Assembly: GCA_965221125.1 (NCBI GenBank)
Contig: CBDCRW010000006.1
Span: forward strand, 1-64,000
Direction of reading: 5' to 3'
Origin: Alphaproteobacteria bacterium
GTDB lineage: Bacteria > Pseudomonadota > Alphaproteobacteria > UBA828
Length of the DNA: 64,000 nt
Part shown: positions 48,936 through 57,925 of the stretch, piece by piece
How the letters are laid out: every line of letters begins with the position of its first letter
Numbering within the stretch: position 1 is the stretch's first letter
Position numbers and translations under genes: made by a program
Notes under the pieces: generated by a model
The model's input: the letters and a program-made list of their open reading frames with translations, nothing else
Database searches by the model: none
Told to the model about the DNA's origin: nothing

Positions 48936-49664
48936 TCACGCAGGCTCATCCGCCGGCGTATCGGCGCCCTCCGCCCCGGTTTCGGCCTCGTCGTCATCGC
49001 CGCCGTCGGCCGGCGCCGAGCCGCCCTTGGCCACGCCGACCATCGCCTCGCGCAGCAGCCGGTCGCCGATCCTGTAGCCGGTCTGCAGCACCTGGACCAC
49101 CGTGCCGTCCGGCTGGTCCGTCTGATCGGTCTCGAACAGCGCCTGGTGGAGGTTGTAGTCGAACTTCTCGCCCAGCGGGTCGATCCTGGTGATGCCGTGG
49201 CGTCCCAGCGCCGCCTCGAACTCCCGCACCGTCATCTCGATGCCGTCGGCGATCGCCTTCACCGCCTCGTCACTCTCGCGCCGCTCGGCGGGGATGCTGT
49301 CCAGCGCGCGGCCCAGATTGTCGCCCACGCCGAGCAGATCCTGGGCGAAGCGCGAGATCGCGTAGGCCCGTGCGTCGTCCACGTCCTTCTTCGCCCGCCT
49401 GCGCGCGTTCTCCGCATCGGCCAGCGCGCGAAGCAACTGGTCCCTGAGCGCCTCGTCGCCGCCCTCTTCCTCGTCCTCGTCGGCGTAATCGCCTTCTTCG
49501 GCCTCGGCAGCGTCGTCTCCGCCGTTATCGTCCGCCTGGGCGTCAGCGGCACCAGCGTCCTTGTCCTCGGCGTCGCCCGTTCCCGCCGCCCGCTCCGCGT
49601 CGCTCTGTTCCGCAGCCGCGGGAGCTTCCGCGTCCGGCTCGGCCCGTTCCGTCTCGTCCTGCAT
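48936..49664 (-). CDS. grpE: Nucleotide exchange factor GrpE
   Basis: LRALADAENARRR, FDYNLHQA and GYRIGDRLLREAMVGV; AAGGAG RBS before MQDE. Confidence 0.95.
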   Translation of the reverse strand: MQDETERAEPDAEAPAAAEQSDAERAAGTGDAEDKDAGAADAQADDNGGDDAAEAEEGDYADEDEEEGGDEALRDQLLRALADAENARRRAKKDVDDARAYAISRFAQDLLGVGDNLGRALDSIPAERRESDEAVKAIADGIEMTVREFEAALGRHGITRIDPLGEKFDYNLHQALFETDQTDQPDGTVVQVLQTGYRIGDRLLREAMVGVAKGGSAPADGGDDDEAETGAEGADTPADEPA

Positions 49665-49726
49665 CGTCTCCTTCGTTCCCTTTTTCGGCCCCCAGCCCCG
49701 CCGCTCCGATTTCGCCATGCCGCCGC

Positions 49727-50764
49727 TCACCCCAGCACCCGGCCGATGATCGCGGCGGTGTGATCGACCATCGGGATGATGCGGCCGTAGTTGATCCGGG
49801 TCGGCCCGATCACGCCAATGGCGCCGATGAAGCGGGCTTCGGAATCGCGGTATGGGGCGACCACCATGGAGCACCCGGTGGAGGCGAAGAGCGTGCTCTC
49901 CGCCCCGATGAAGATCTGGACCCCTTCCGCGTCCTCGGTGCTTTCCAGCAGGCGGATGAAGTCGTTCCGCTCGTCCAGGGCGTCGAACAGCTGGCGGATG
50001 CGCTCGAGGTCGGCGAGCGCCGTGACATCCTCGATGAGGTTGGCCCGGCCGCGCACGATGAGGCTGCCGTGATCACGCGCCTCGTTCGCCCATTCGGCGA
50101 TTCCGGCCTCGACGACGCGGGCGGTGAGATCGTCGAGCTGGGCCCGGTGGTCCTCGATCTCCGCGCCGATCTCGTCCCTGAGCTCGGCGAGCGTGCGCCC
50201 GGCGAGCCGCGCGTTCAGGTAGTTGGTGGCGCGGCTCAGGTGCGACTGCGTCATGCCCGTCGGCACGTCGATGACGCGGTTCTCGACGAGCCCGGCCTCG
50301 GTCACCATGACCGCGAGCGCGCGGCCGTGGCTGAGGCTCACGAACTCGACCTGGCGGCACGGCACGTCGGCCTTGGGCGCGAGCACCAGCCCGGCGCAGC
50401 CGGAAAGCCCGGAGAGCGCTTCCGTGGTCTCGGTCAGCATCTCCTCGACCGTGCGTCCCGCCGCGCGGCACTTGCCCTCGATGCTGGCGCGCTCCTCCTC
50501 GGTGAGGCGCCCCAGCTCGAGCAGCCCGTCCACGTAGATCCGCAGGCCCAGTTGGGTCGGCAGCCGGCCCGCCGAGACATGGGGCGAGTAGAGCAGGCCG
50601 GCGTCCTCCAGGTCGGCCATGACGTTCCGCACCGTGGCGGGCGACACCGGGGTCGAGAGCCGGCGCGAGAGCGTGCGTGAGCCCACCGGCTGCCCGGTCT
50701 CCATGAATTCTTCCACCAGGCGGCGGAGAACCTCCCGCGAGCGATCCGTCAGTTCGCGCAGCAC
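49727..50764 (-). CDS. hrcA: Heat-inducible transcription repressor HrcA
   Basis: PVGSRTL, SPATVRNVMADLE, PHVSAGRLPT and GVIGPTRINY; GTG start. The longer called ORF runs into the IS. Confidence 0.95.
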   Translation of the reverse strand: MLRELTDRSREVLRRLVEEFMETGQPVGSRTLSRRLSTPVSPATVRNVMADLEDAGLLYSPHVSAGRLPTQLGLRIYVDGLLELGRLTEEERASIEGKCRAAGRTVEEMLTETTEALSGLSGCAGLVLAPKADVPCRQVEFVSLSHGRALAVMVTEAGLVENRVIDVPTGMTQSHLSRATNYLNARLAGRTLAELRDEIGAEIEDHRAQLDDLTARVVEAGIAEWANEARDHGSLIVRGRANLIEDVTALADLERIRQLFDALDERNDFIRLLESTEDAEGVQIFIGAESTLFASTGCSMVVAPYRDSEARFIGAIGVIGPTRINYGRIIPMVDHTAAIIGRVLG

Positions 50765-50795
50765 CGTGCGATCCCGTCCTGTGATGGGCGGCCTG

Positions 50796-50824
50796 AATGT
50801 AGTGAGCGCCCCCTGGAGCGTCAA
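50796..50824 (-). promoter_or_regulatory. Putative promoter of hrcA
   Basis: Minus strand TTGACG-N17-TACATT. Confidence 0.55.
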
Positions 50825-51017
50825 CGCCGGCCCCGGCAAAGAAATCAGCATCTCCGAGAGGGGAACGGGAGCATCCGCACGGTGCAGACTGCCGCAGGAC
50901 ACCCGAGGCATGGCGGCATGCACTGACGGCATGCCTACCCGACTTTCAGGCCCGCCATGACCGAGTTCAGAGAGATATGAGACGGGCCCCTTGAAGTGGG
51001 GGTGGGGGTCTCCGAGG

Positions 51018-53107
51018 CAGGAACATTTTTTAGTCATGGCTGAGAGGGCGGGATGACCGAGAGCGGGCAGGCTTGGGCCGATGAAGGTCCTGGCCGAGCT
51101 TGGCTGGGCGGCTGCATGGGGTCCGCGGGGGCCGGTAGGGCTCGGTTTTCGGGCTCGCCGGGCAAAGCGATCCCGCCGCGCCGTTCGACGGCGCGTCCCG
51201 TCGCGCTCTGCGACGCGGTTACGCCCGCAGGATCATGCAGCGGGCGCGATCAGGATCGCGTCGAGAGCCTCCTGGGCGCGGGCGGCATAATGCCGGTTGG
51301 CCTCGGGCAGGAAGCGGAAGCGCCCGTCGCAGCGCACGATGGCGATGGCCGCGTTGGTCAGGCAGGAGAGATTGCGCGGCAGGTGGCGCACGTACGCCCG
51401 GCAGCGGTCTTCGTCATAGGTGAAGTCGCGCACGTAGTGCAGCCGGTTCTCGATGTGCCAGTGATTGCGGACCAGAGCCAGAAGCTCCTCGGGCCCGGCG
51501 CGGTCTGCGCCGAGCGAGGTCAGGCTCCAGGTCACCTCGACGCTGCGCTCGCCGGTCTTGAGGATCTCGCGCTCGCGTTCGATGCGCATCGCCTGGCGGC
51601 GTCCGTGAAGGTTGGCGTAGCCGTCCCATTCGGCAGCGGAGAGGTCGACGACGGCGCAGCGGCGGCGCTCGATGCGGCCATGGCCCTTGTCGACGGTTTC
51701 GTGCCAGGGCGCGTCGGAGAAGTCGATCGCCTTGAGGTCTTCGAGGATGGTCTCCTGATTGTCCTTCACCGCGGTGACCACGTAGTCGGCGCGACGCCCG
51801 AGCAGGCAGCGCGCGGTCTCGTGCTGGGCGTGCATCGCATCGAGGGTGACGGTCCGGCCTGCGAGGTCGAGACTGCTGGAGAGTTCGCGCACGGCGGGGA
51901 TCTCGTTGCTCTTTCTATCGACCTCGACCTGTCCCAGGACCATGCCGGTCTTGTGCACCAGCGCCGCGACCATCATGCGCCGCCCGTCTTCGGTCTGCTT
52001 CGAGGCGCCGCGCAGGTCCTTTCCGTCCATGGCGACCGGGGCGTGCGCGCCGTCGTGCTGGCCGGTCCACCGGCCGATGGCGTTGTCCAGCGTCTCCGGC
52101 GGCAGGGCGGCGAGGATGTTGTGGAAGGTGGTGATCGCGGGCGCGGTGTAGCGCTTCTTCGAAGGGCTCCAGAACGCGCCGACCGCCTCGAGCTGCTCCT
52201 GCGAGAGCAGGGCGGCGAACTGGGCGAAGGCTGTCGAGCCCCGGTAGCCGGCAAGGCGGGCGGCGACGGCAACCGCCAGCACGGTCTTCAAGGGATAGCG
52301 CTTGCCCCGGGCATGGCGGCACTCGGGCACCTCGCCCAGGCACTCGAACAGGCTGCGCAGCCGGGGCGCCGTCATCGGCTCGCTGTGTTGCTCGGCGTTC
52401 CAGTTCGCCGGGATCTCGGCCCGGCTCAGCGCTTCGGCGGCGCCATCGCTAAGTTCGAACACGAAGACCTCCTTGGGCTGGCCGTGGTGGCGCCAGCGCG
52501 GAGCAGCTCCGGGGTCACGGGCAAAGCCGCGCGTCATCCCCAGCGAGCGCCAGTTCGACGCGCGGTAGCAGGTGCCGGCGAAGCGCGCGGGATCGACGAA
52601 GGTCTCGGCCAGGAGCGCCGGGTATCCATGCACCGCCTGGGTGTCCGCAGACAGCCGCCGCAGGCTCAGCCCCAGAACCCGCGAGGCCAGGTTGGGAACC
52701 CGCTCAGGCGTCAGGATCACGAAGCGCGAGTTGTTCGCGATCAGATGCAGGCGCCGGAACTGCTGCTCCGCCGACCAGCCGATCCAGCGGTCGCGCGCGG
52801 CCAGCTTGAACGCGCCCGGCTGCCAGCCGATCAGGGCGAGCCAGGTCTCGCCATGCACCGCGACATGGCGCAGCCCCTTGCCGACGACGCCGTGGAATCG
52901 CAGGTAGTGGTGCTCCTCCACCAGCCGGTCCCAGCGCCGGTGCTCCCGCGCGCCCCAGGTCGGGCGCACCGTGACCGCACGCAGATCAATGGACGAATCC
53001 AGGCCCGGCAACGTCGCCATGGCCGCTACACTGCCACAGCGAAAACGAAATGACCAGCGCCGCGATCACCTCACGCCGCTCGCCGGGCGGACAAAAAACG
53101 AGCCCTG
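51018..53107 (-). mobile_element. ISAs1-family insertion sequence (2090 bp)
   Basis: Ends CAGGAACATTTTTTAGTC and CAGGGCTCGTTTTTTGTC; 10-bp TSD GTCTCCGAGG at 51008-51017 and 53108-53117. The empty site is visible in copy 1. Confidence 0.92.
51233..53020 (-). CDS. ISAs1 transposase with N-terminal DUF4338 (Mom/GNAT-like) domain
   Basis: C-part DGKDLRG, TLDAMH, EKGHGR-like DKGHGRIERR and HWHIENRLH; N-part HHYL, ARDRWIGW, NNSRF, NLAS and ETFVD...GTCYRASNW. Confidence 0.88.
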   Translation of the reverse strand: MATLPGLDSSIDLRAVTVRPTWGAREHRRWDRLVEEHHYLRFHGVVGKGLRHVAVHGETWLALIGWQPGAFKLAARDRWIGWSAEQQFRRLHLIANNSRFVILTPERVPNLASRVLGLSLRRLSADTQAVHGYPALLAETFVDPARFAGTCYRASNWRSLGMTRGFARDPGAAPRWRHHGQPKEVFVFELSDGAAEALSRAEIPANWNAEQHSEPMTAPRLRSLFECLGEVPECRHARGKRYPLKTVLAVAVAARLAGYRGSTAFAQFAALLSQEQLEAVGAFWSPSKKRYTAPAITTFHNILAALPPETLDNAIGRWTGQHDGAHAPVAMDGKDLRGASKQTEDGRRMMVAALVHKTGMVLGQVEVDRKSNEIPAVRELSSSLDLAGRTVTLDAMHAQHETARCLLGRRADYVVTAVKDNQETILEDLKAIDFSDAPWHETVDKGHGRIERRRCAVVDLSAAEWDGYANLHGRRQAMRIEREREILKTGERSVEVTWSLTSLGADRAGPEELLALVRNHWHIENRLHYVRDFTYDEDRCRAYVRHLPRNLSCLTNAAIAIVRCDGRFRFLPEANRHYAARAQEALDAILIAPAA

Positions 53108-53673
53108 GTCTCCGAGGCTGTTGGTGCGAACCGAAGCAGCCTGAAGGAGGCCCCCATGCAGGTCAGAAGCCTGCCCCGCCATGTTATCCGAAACGCGATG
53201 GTCGGGTCGCGCCTGATCGGCGCGGAGCCCCCCGACAGCGCAGCGGCGATCAGGCGCGATGCGCTTATGCGTTGGCAGCAGGCCCGAGCGCGGGGACTGA
53301 GTGCTGTTGTTTTCCGGTCTAGCCGGATAGAAGCACGGGTTTTTTTCTCACTTTGATTGGTTGGTGGATTTCCCGGGATGGTGGCCGAGTGCGGGAAGGA
53401 CGCTGCCTGCGGCATTTTTTTGATCCTCAGCAGAATCCTCATTGCTGTTGAAGCTGTGGAGCGGTGGGCGCGAGATCGGCGAGTGTGGTCAGGCGGTGGG
53501 CAAGCGCCAGCTTGTCCACGGGCTGTCCACACGGTCCGCAGGACGCCGATCGGTCCGCAGGACGCGTCCACGGCTCCACAGCTTGGCGGCGGCGGGGAGC
53601 GTCCGTAATCTTGGCCTCTCACTGAACGACAAAGAGAGGCCCGGGGGACGGAACTCCCGCCGGGCCAGGGCCG

Positions 53674-54309
53674 GTGCAGCTTCGCTACGAAACGGGGCTC
53701 ACCAGCGAGGAATACGTTAAGACCGAGGCGTGGCGCGACGCAAGGCTTGAGCGCTGCCCGAATCACCCGCACGGCGGATGTTCTGTGGCAAGCCACGGCA
53801 CCTACGAGCGGAAGACCCCGCCCGGCGCAAGGGTTCCTCGCTGGTATTGCCGTGAGAGCCATACGACCATCGGCCTGCTGGCCGACTGTCTGGCGGCGCG
53901 GCTGCCGGGCACGCTCGATGCGCTGGAAGCGGTTGTTGTCGTGGCGGAGGAGGCCGGCAGCCTGGAGGAGGCAGCGGACGAGGTGCGCTGCCCCGAGGAC
54001 GAGGACGCCATCGAGCTTCCCGGCGCCGTGCGTTGGATCCGCCGCAGGCTGAAGCTTGTGCACGACGCGCTTGTGCGCGTCATCGGCCTGATCCCCGACC
54101 TGCTCGCGGGCTGCGCGCCCACCATGAGCGCGGTGCGCGAGCGTCTGAAGAGCGACAGCGCGTTGATGGAACTGCGCGGCCTGGTCGCCGGGCAGCTCCG
54201 GACGCTACCCGCGCCTCTGGGCTTCCAACCCCACGGCATCGACGTGGGGAATCGCAAACCGCAGTTCCAACAACGGGCGGGGCCGGACCCGCCGCCGGAG
54301 AGTTCGTAG
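53674..54309 (+). CDS. Cys/His-rich (putative Zn-finger plus HTH) transposon protein, DUF6431-like
   Basis: CPNHPHGGC...HGTYER...RWYCRESHTT followed by an HTH-like SLEEAADEVR...AVRWIRRR. Confidence 0.7.
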   Translation: MQLRYETGLTSEEYVKTEAWRDARLERCPNHPHGGCSVASHGTYERKTPPGARVPRWYCRESHTTIGLLADCLAARLPGTLDALEAVVVVAEEAGSLEEAADEVRCPEDEDAIELPGAVRWIRRRLKLVHDALVRVIGLIPDLLAGCAPTMSAVRERLKSDSALMELRGLVAGQLRTLPAPLGFQPHGIDVGNRKPQFQQRAGPDPPPESS

Positions 54310-54354
54310 CGTGACGATCCCGGGGCCAGGGAGTCCCTGAACGAGGATCGCACC

Positions 54355-55683
54355 ATGAACAGCTCAGACGACGACCTTCGCCAACAGATCGCGCTCTTCC
54401 GATACGACGTCATCGCCGATCTGGTGCATCTGCCCGTGGGTGCACCGGGTGCCGGCGCGATGATGCGCGCCAAAGCCGAGAAGACCTACACGATCCCCGG
54501 AACCACCAGGACCCGGGTCGCCGCCGAGACCATGCGGCGCTGGATCAAGGACTACCGCTACGGCGGCTTCGACGCGCTCTACCCCAAGCCCCGCACCGAC
54601 CGGGGGAAGCCCCGGCGGCTGCCGCCCGAGGTCGCCGAGCGCCTCATCGCGCTGAAGACCGAGAACGACGCATTGTCGGTTCGCGCCATCATCCAGAAGG
54701 TCAAGGAGGAGGGTATCGACCACCCGCTCGCCTCGTCCACCGTGCACCGCCTCTTCAGCCGCGAGGGCCTGTTCGACAAGAAGCCGCCCGACGGGGCGGA
54801 TCGCCGCCGCTTCGCCTTCCGGCATGCCGGCGAGATGTGGATGAGCGACGTCATGCACGGACCCAAGGTCCGGCACGGCCGAACCCGGCGCAAGACCTAC
54901 CTGATCGCCTTCATCGACGACGCCACCCGCGTCATCCCGTTCGCCGCCTTCGCCATGGCGGAGAACACTGCGGCGTTCCTGCCGGTGTTCAAGGACGCGC
55001 TGATCCGGCGCGGCCTCCCGGCCCGCTTGTACGTCGACAACGGAAGCGCCTACCGCTCCCGTCATCTCTCCCTGGTCTGCGCCAGGCTCGGCGTTGCGTT
55101 GATTCACGCAAGGGCGTTCCAGCCAGCGGGAAAGGGTAAGATCGAGCGCTTCTTCCGCACCCTCCGGGCCGGCTGGCTCCGCCACCTCGGCGATGACGTC
55201 GACAGCCTGGAGGCGCTCAACCGCAGCCTCTGGGCCTGGATCGAGGGGGAGTATCACAACAGCCCGCATCGTGGCCTCGACGAGGGGCGCACCCCGCTTG
55301 AGCAGTGGGCGCTGGCCTCGGCCGGCGTGCGCTATCCCGACGCCACCATGGACCTCGACGATCTGTTCCTCTTCGAGGCCAGGCGCCGTGTCTACAAGGA
55401 CCGCACCGTTAGTCTGAACGGCCGCGTCTACGAGGTCGACGCCCTCCTGGTGGGTCAGAACGTCATCCTGCGCTACGACCCGGCCGCGCCGCCCTCGCGC
55501 CCTCTCGACGTGGTCCATGACGGCAAGCCGGCCGGCAAGGCCAGCCCTCTCGACGCCTACGCCAATACCGCCGTCAGGCGCACCTACCCGGCCAGGGAGA
55601 TCGAGGCCGAAGATCCGGCGCCCGAGCCTCCGCCCTCGCCGCTGGCCATGCGCAACCTCAAGGACAAGAAGGAGGACGAGTGA
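54355..55683 (+). CDS. Mu/TnsB-like DDE transposase with Mu-type C-terminal domain
   Basis: N-terminal HTHs; WMSD, YVDNGSAY and GKIERFFRT; C-terminal RRVYKDRTVSLNGRVYEVD. Confidence 0.9.
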   Translation: MNSSDDDLRQQIALFRYDVIADLVHLPVGAPGAGAMMRAKAEKTYTIPGTTRTRVAAETMRRWIKDYRYGGFDALYPKPRTDRGKPRRLPPEVAERLIALKTENDALSVRAIIQKVKEEGIDHPLASSTVHRLFSREGLFDKKPPDGADRRRFAFRHAGEMWMSDVMHGPKVRHGRTRRKTYLIAFIDDATRVIPFAAFAMAENTAAFLPVFKDALIRRGLPARLYVDNGSAYRSRHLSLVCARLGVALIHARAFQPAGKGKIERFFRTLRAGWLRHLGDDVDSLEALNRSLWAWIEGEYHNSPHRGLDEGRTPLEQWALASAGVRYPDATMDLDDLFLFEARRRVYKDRTVSLNGRVYEVDALLVGQNVILRYDPAAPPSRPLDVVHDGKPAGKASPLDAYANTAVRRTYPAREIEAEDPAPEPPPSPLAMRNLKDKKEDE

Positions 55684-56483
55684 TGTACCTGCGCCACTTC
55701 GCCTTCACCCGCCTGCCCTTCGAGACCCCGGCAGAGACCGACGAGCTGTTCGAGTCCAACGCGCGCCGCGAGGCCGAGGCCAGGCTCGGCCACCTCATCG
55801 ACCTGCGCGGCATCGGCCTGCTCACCGGCGAGGTGGGCTCCGGCAAGACCACCGTGTGCCGGCATCTGACCGCGCAGCTTCATCCAGGCCTCTACCGGGT
55901 CCACTACGTCTCGCTGACCACGGGCAACGTGCTCGACATGTACAAGGCGATCGCGTGGGAGATCGGCCTGCCCATCGAGCGCTCCCGCGCCTCGGCCTAT
56001 CAGGCCATCCGAAACGAGATCTCCCGCCTCGTCACCGAGGCCAAGCAGCTGCCGGTCCTCGTCATCGACGAGGCCCATCATCTGCGCAACGACGTCCTTG
56101 AGGACCTGCGCCTGCTCACCAACTTCGCCATGGATGCAGAGCAGCGCCTGTGCCTCGTCCTCGTCGGTCTGACCGAGCTCAGGCGCCGCCTGGCCATGGC
56201 CATGCACGAATCCCTCAGCCAGCGCCTCGTCGTCCGCCACCACCTGAGCGGTCTCGACCGCGACGAGGTCGACGCTTACATCAAGCACCGCCTCAGGCTC
56301 GCGGGATGCGAACTGCCGCTGTTCGAAGAGCCCGCCGTCGAGGCCCTGTTCCAGGGCGCGCGCGGCCTGCCGCGCCAGATCAACCGCATCGCCCACTACG
56401 CGCTCTCCGCCGCCGCTCTCGACGAGGCGAGGACCGTCAGTGCCGACCACCTGCAGCACGCGCTCGAGGAACTGCGGCCATGA
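55680..56483 (+). CDS. ExeA/TnsC/MuB-like AAA+ ATPase
   Basis: GEVGSGKTT, VIDEAH, SQRL and GLPRQIN; overlaps the transposase stop. Confidence 0.9.
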   Translation: MMYLRHFAFTRLPFETPAETDELFESNARREAEARLGHLIDLRGIGLLTGEVGSGKTTVCRHLTAQLHPGLYRVHYVSLTTGNVLDMYKAIAWEIGLPIERSRASAYQAIRNEISRLVTEAKQLPVLVIDEAHHLRNDVLEDLRLLTNFAMDAEQRLCLVLVGLTELRRRLAMAMHESLSQRLVVRHHLSGLDRDEVDAYIKHRLRLAGCELPLFEEPAVEALFQGARGLPRQINRIAHYALSAAALDEARTVSADHLQHALEELRP

Positions 56484-57520
56484 CCGGCTTCCCGACCCGC
56501 GCCCCGATCGAGCTGGAGGAGCGGCCGCGCGAGCAGCAATGGCTGGTGGACACGCTATGGGGCGAGCAGGCCGTCGGCATCGTCGGCGGCGAGCCGAAGT
56601 GCGGCAAGTCCATCCTGGCGCTGGACCTCGCGGTCGCAGTCGCCGCCGGCGTCCCATGCCTGCGGCACTTCGCCCCGGCCCGGCCTGGCCCGGTCCTGCT
56701 GTTCGCCGCAGAAGACGCCGGCCACCTCGTGCGCAAGCGCCTGCAGGGGATCGCCCGCGCCGCAGGCGCCCGCTTCGAGACCCTCGACATCGCCGTCATC
56801 GACGTGCCCACACTGCGCCTCGACCATCTCGACGACCGCCGCCGCCTGCAGCAGACCGTGGAGCGCATCGCACCGCGCCTCGTGGTCCTCGACCCCCTGG
56901 TCCGCCTGCACGGCGTGGACGAGAACACGGTTGCGGACGTCGCCCCGATCCTCGGCTTCCTGCGCGACCTGCAACGCCGCTTCGAGACCGCCGTCCTCCT
57001 CGTCCACCACGCCCGCAAGAGCGGGGCCACGAGGCCGGGGCAGGCCCTGCGGGGCAGCAGTGAGCTGCACGCCTGGGGGGACTCGAACCTCTACCTGCGC
57101 CGCCGGGACCGGCAGACCCTCATGACCGTCGAGCATCGCGCCGCACGCGGTCTCGACGACATCGAGATCGAGCTCAAGGAAGACGGAGAGGAGCCCTCCT
57201 TCCGGCTGCGCCAGCCGCCCACGGCCGGCGGCGGGGCGCCTCAGCCCGAAACACCCGAATGCCGCGTTCTCAAGGCGCTCGCCGACGCCGGGGCGCCGCT
57301 CTCGCAACGCCAGATCCGGGAACGCGCCGCGACCCGGCACAAGACCGTCGGCGTAATCTTGCAAAAGCTCGTCCAGGAGGGTCGCGTCGCGCGCAACGCC
57401 GAGGGCGGCTACAGCGTCGTCGCAGGCGCAGCGGACAAGCGGGCGGCGGCCGCCGCCGCCAACGGCAGCAGTCGGCCGCAGGCCCCGCGGTTCCCGGAGC
57501 CCGGTTCCGCCAACGCCTAG
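56480..57520 (+). CDS. RecA-fold AAA_25 (RepA-helicase-like) ATPase with C-terminal HTH
   Basis: WLVDTLW, GEPKCGKS, AAED, LVVLDP, LVHHARK and LRGSS; C-terminal LSQRQIRE...VGVILQKLVQEGRV; ATGA overlap with the upstream gene. Confidence 0.85.
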   Translation: MTGFPTRAPIELEERPREQQWLVDTLWGEQAVGIVGGEPKCGKSILALDLAVAVAAGVPCLRHFAPARPGPVLLFAAEDAGHLVRKRLQGIARAAGARFETLDIAVIDVPTLRLDHLDDRRRLQQTVERIAPRLVVLDPLVRLHGVDENTVADVAPILGFLRDLQRRFETAVLLVHHARKSGATRPGQALRGSSELHAWGDSNLYLRRRDRQTLMTVEHRAARGLDDIEIELKEDGEEPSFRLRQPPTAGGGAPQPETPECRVLKALADAGAPLSQRQIRERAATRHKTVGVILQKLVQEGRVARNAEGGYSVVAGAADKRAAAAAANGSSRPQAPRFPEPGSANA

Positions 57521-57834
57521 GGGTTCGAGCCGGAACCGCCGTCGGGAACCACCCTTCCCCAACGGTCCGGAAGGCGCTGCGCCTCCACCGGGATACTACG
57601 TCAGGTGAGCGGCCAGTCCGTGGCCGGAAGCTTGCTTCAGGCCATGGCAGCACTTCGTCGTGTGGACGGTGGCGAGTCACCCGAAGGGCCGAAGCGAAGC
57701 GCAGGAGCGGCGCAGCCGCTTGACGCGCCGACGGCCGCGCGACACCTCGTCAGCTCTCCTCAAGCACCAGTCCAAACCTCAATCAGACAGCGACCCCGGA
57801 CCGCCCGCAGAGACCATGAGCTCCTACGCTTCGA

Positions 57835-57925
57835 TCCGGAAAAGACCGAGCAATCTGGGAAATCAGGGCAGCGATCACGTCAAATAATCTGGGAGATTCG
57901 GCGTCAAATAACGTGCGAAACAACA
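57835..57925 (-). repeat. Subterminal transposase-binding-like repeats at the right end of the 4.6-kb transposon
   Basis: Read inward: TTTCGCACGTTATTTGACG, TCTCCCAGATTATTTGACG and TTTCCCAGATTGCTCGG; a related GATTTCCCGGGAT lies near the left end (about 53368). Confidence 0.7.

Larger units (their letters stand above)
53305..57925 (+). mobile_element. Four-gene Mu/Tn7/Tn552-superfamily-like transposon (4621 bp)
   Basis: TGTTGTTT...AAACAACA termini; 5-bp TSD AGTGC at 53300-53304 and 57926-57930; empty site visible in copy 1; repeated subterminal motifs. Confidence 0.9.

Noticed and set aside
50765-51037. N-terminal extension of the called hrcA ORF
   Set aside because: It runs through the promoter region and the IS end; HrcA homology starts at VLRELTDRSRE.
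53532-53565. Direct repeat CGGTCCGCAGGACGC x2 as a possible mini-CRISPR (CAST-like)
   Set aside because: Only two 15-bp units 4 nt apart, no spacer-sized sequence and no cas genes. No CRISPR array was seen anywhere in the window.
55680-56483. ExeA-like gene as part of a type II secretion system
   Set aside because: No secretion genes nearby, and it is coupled to a transposase inside transposon ends.
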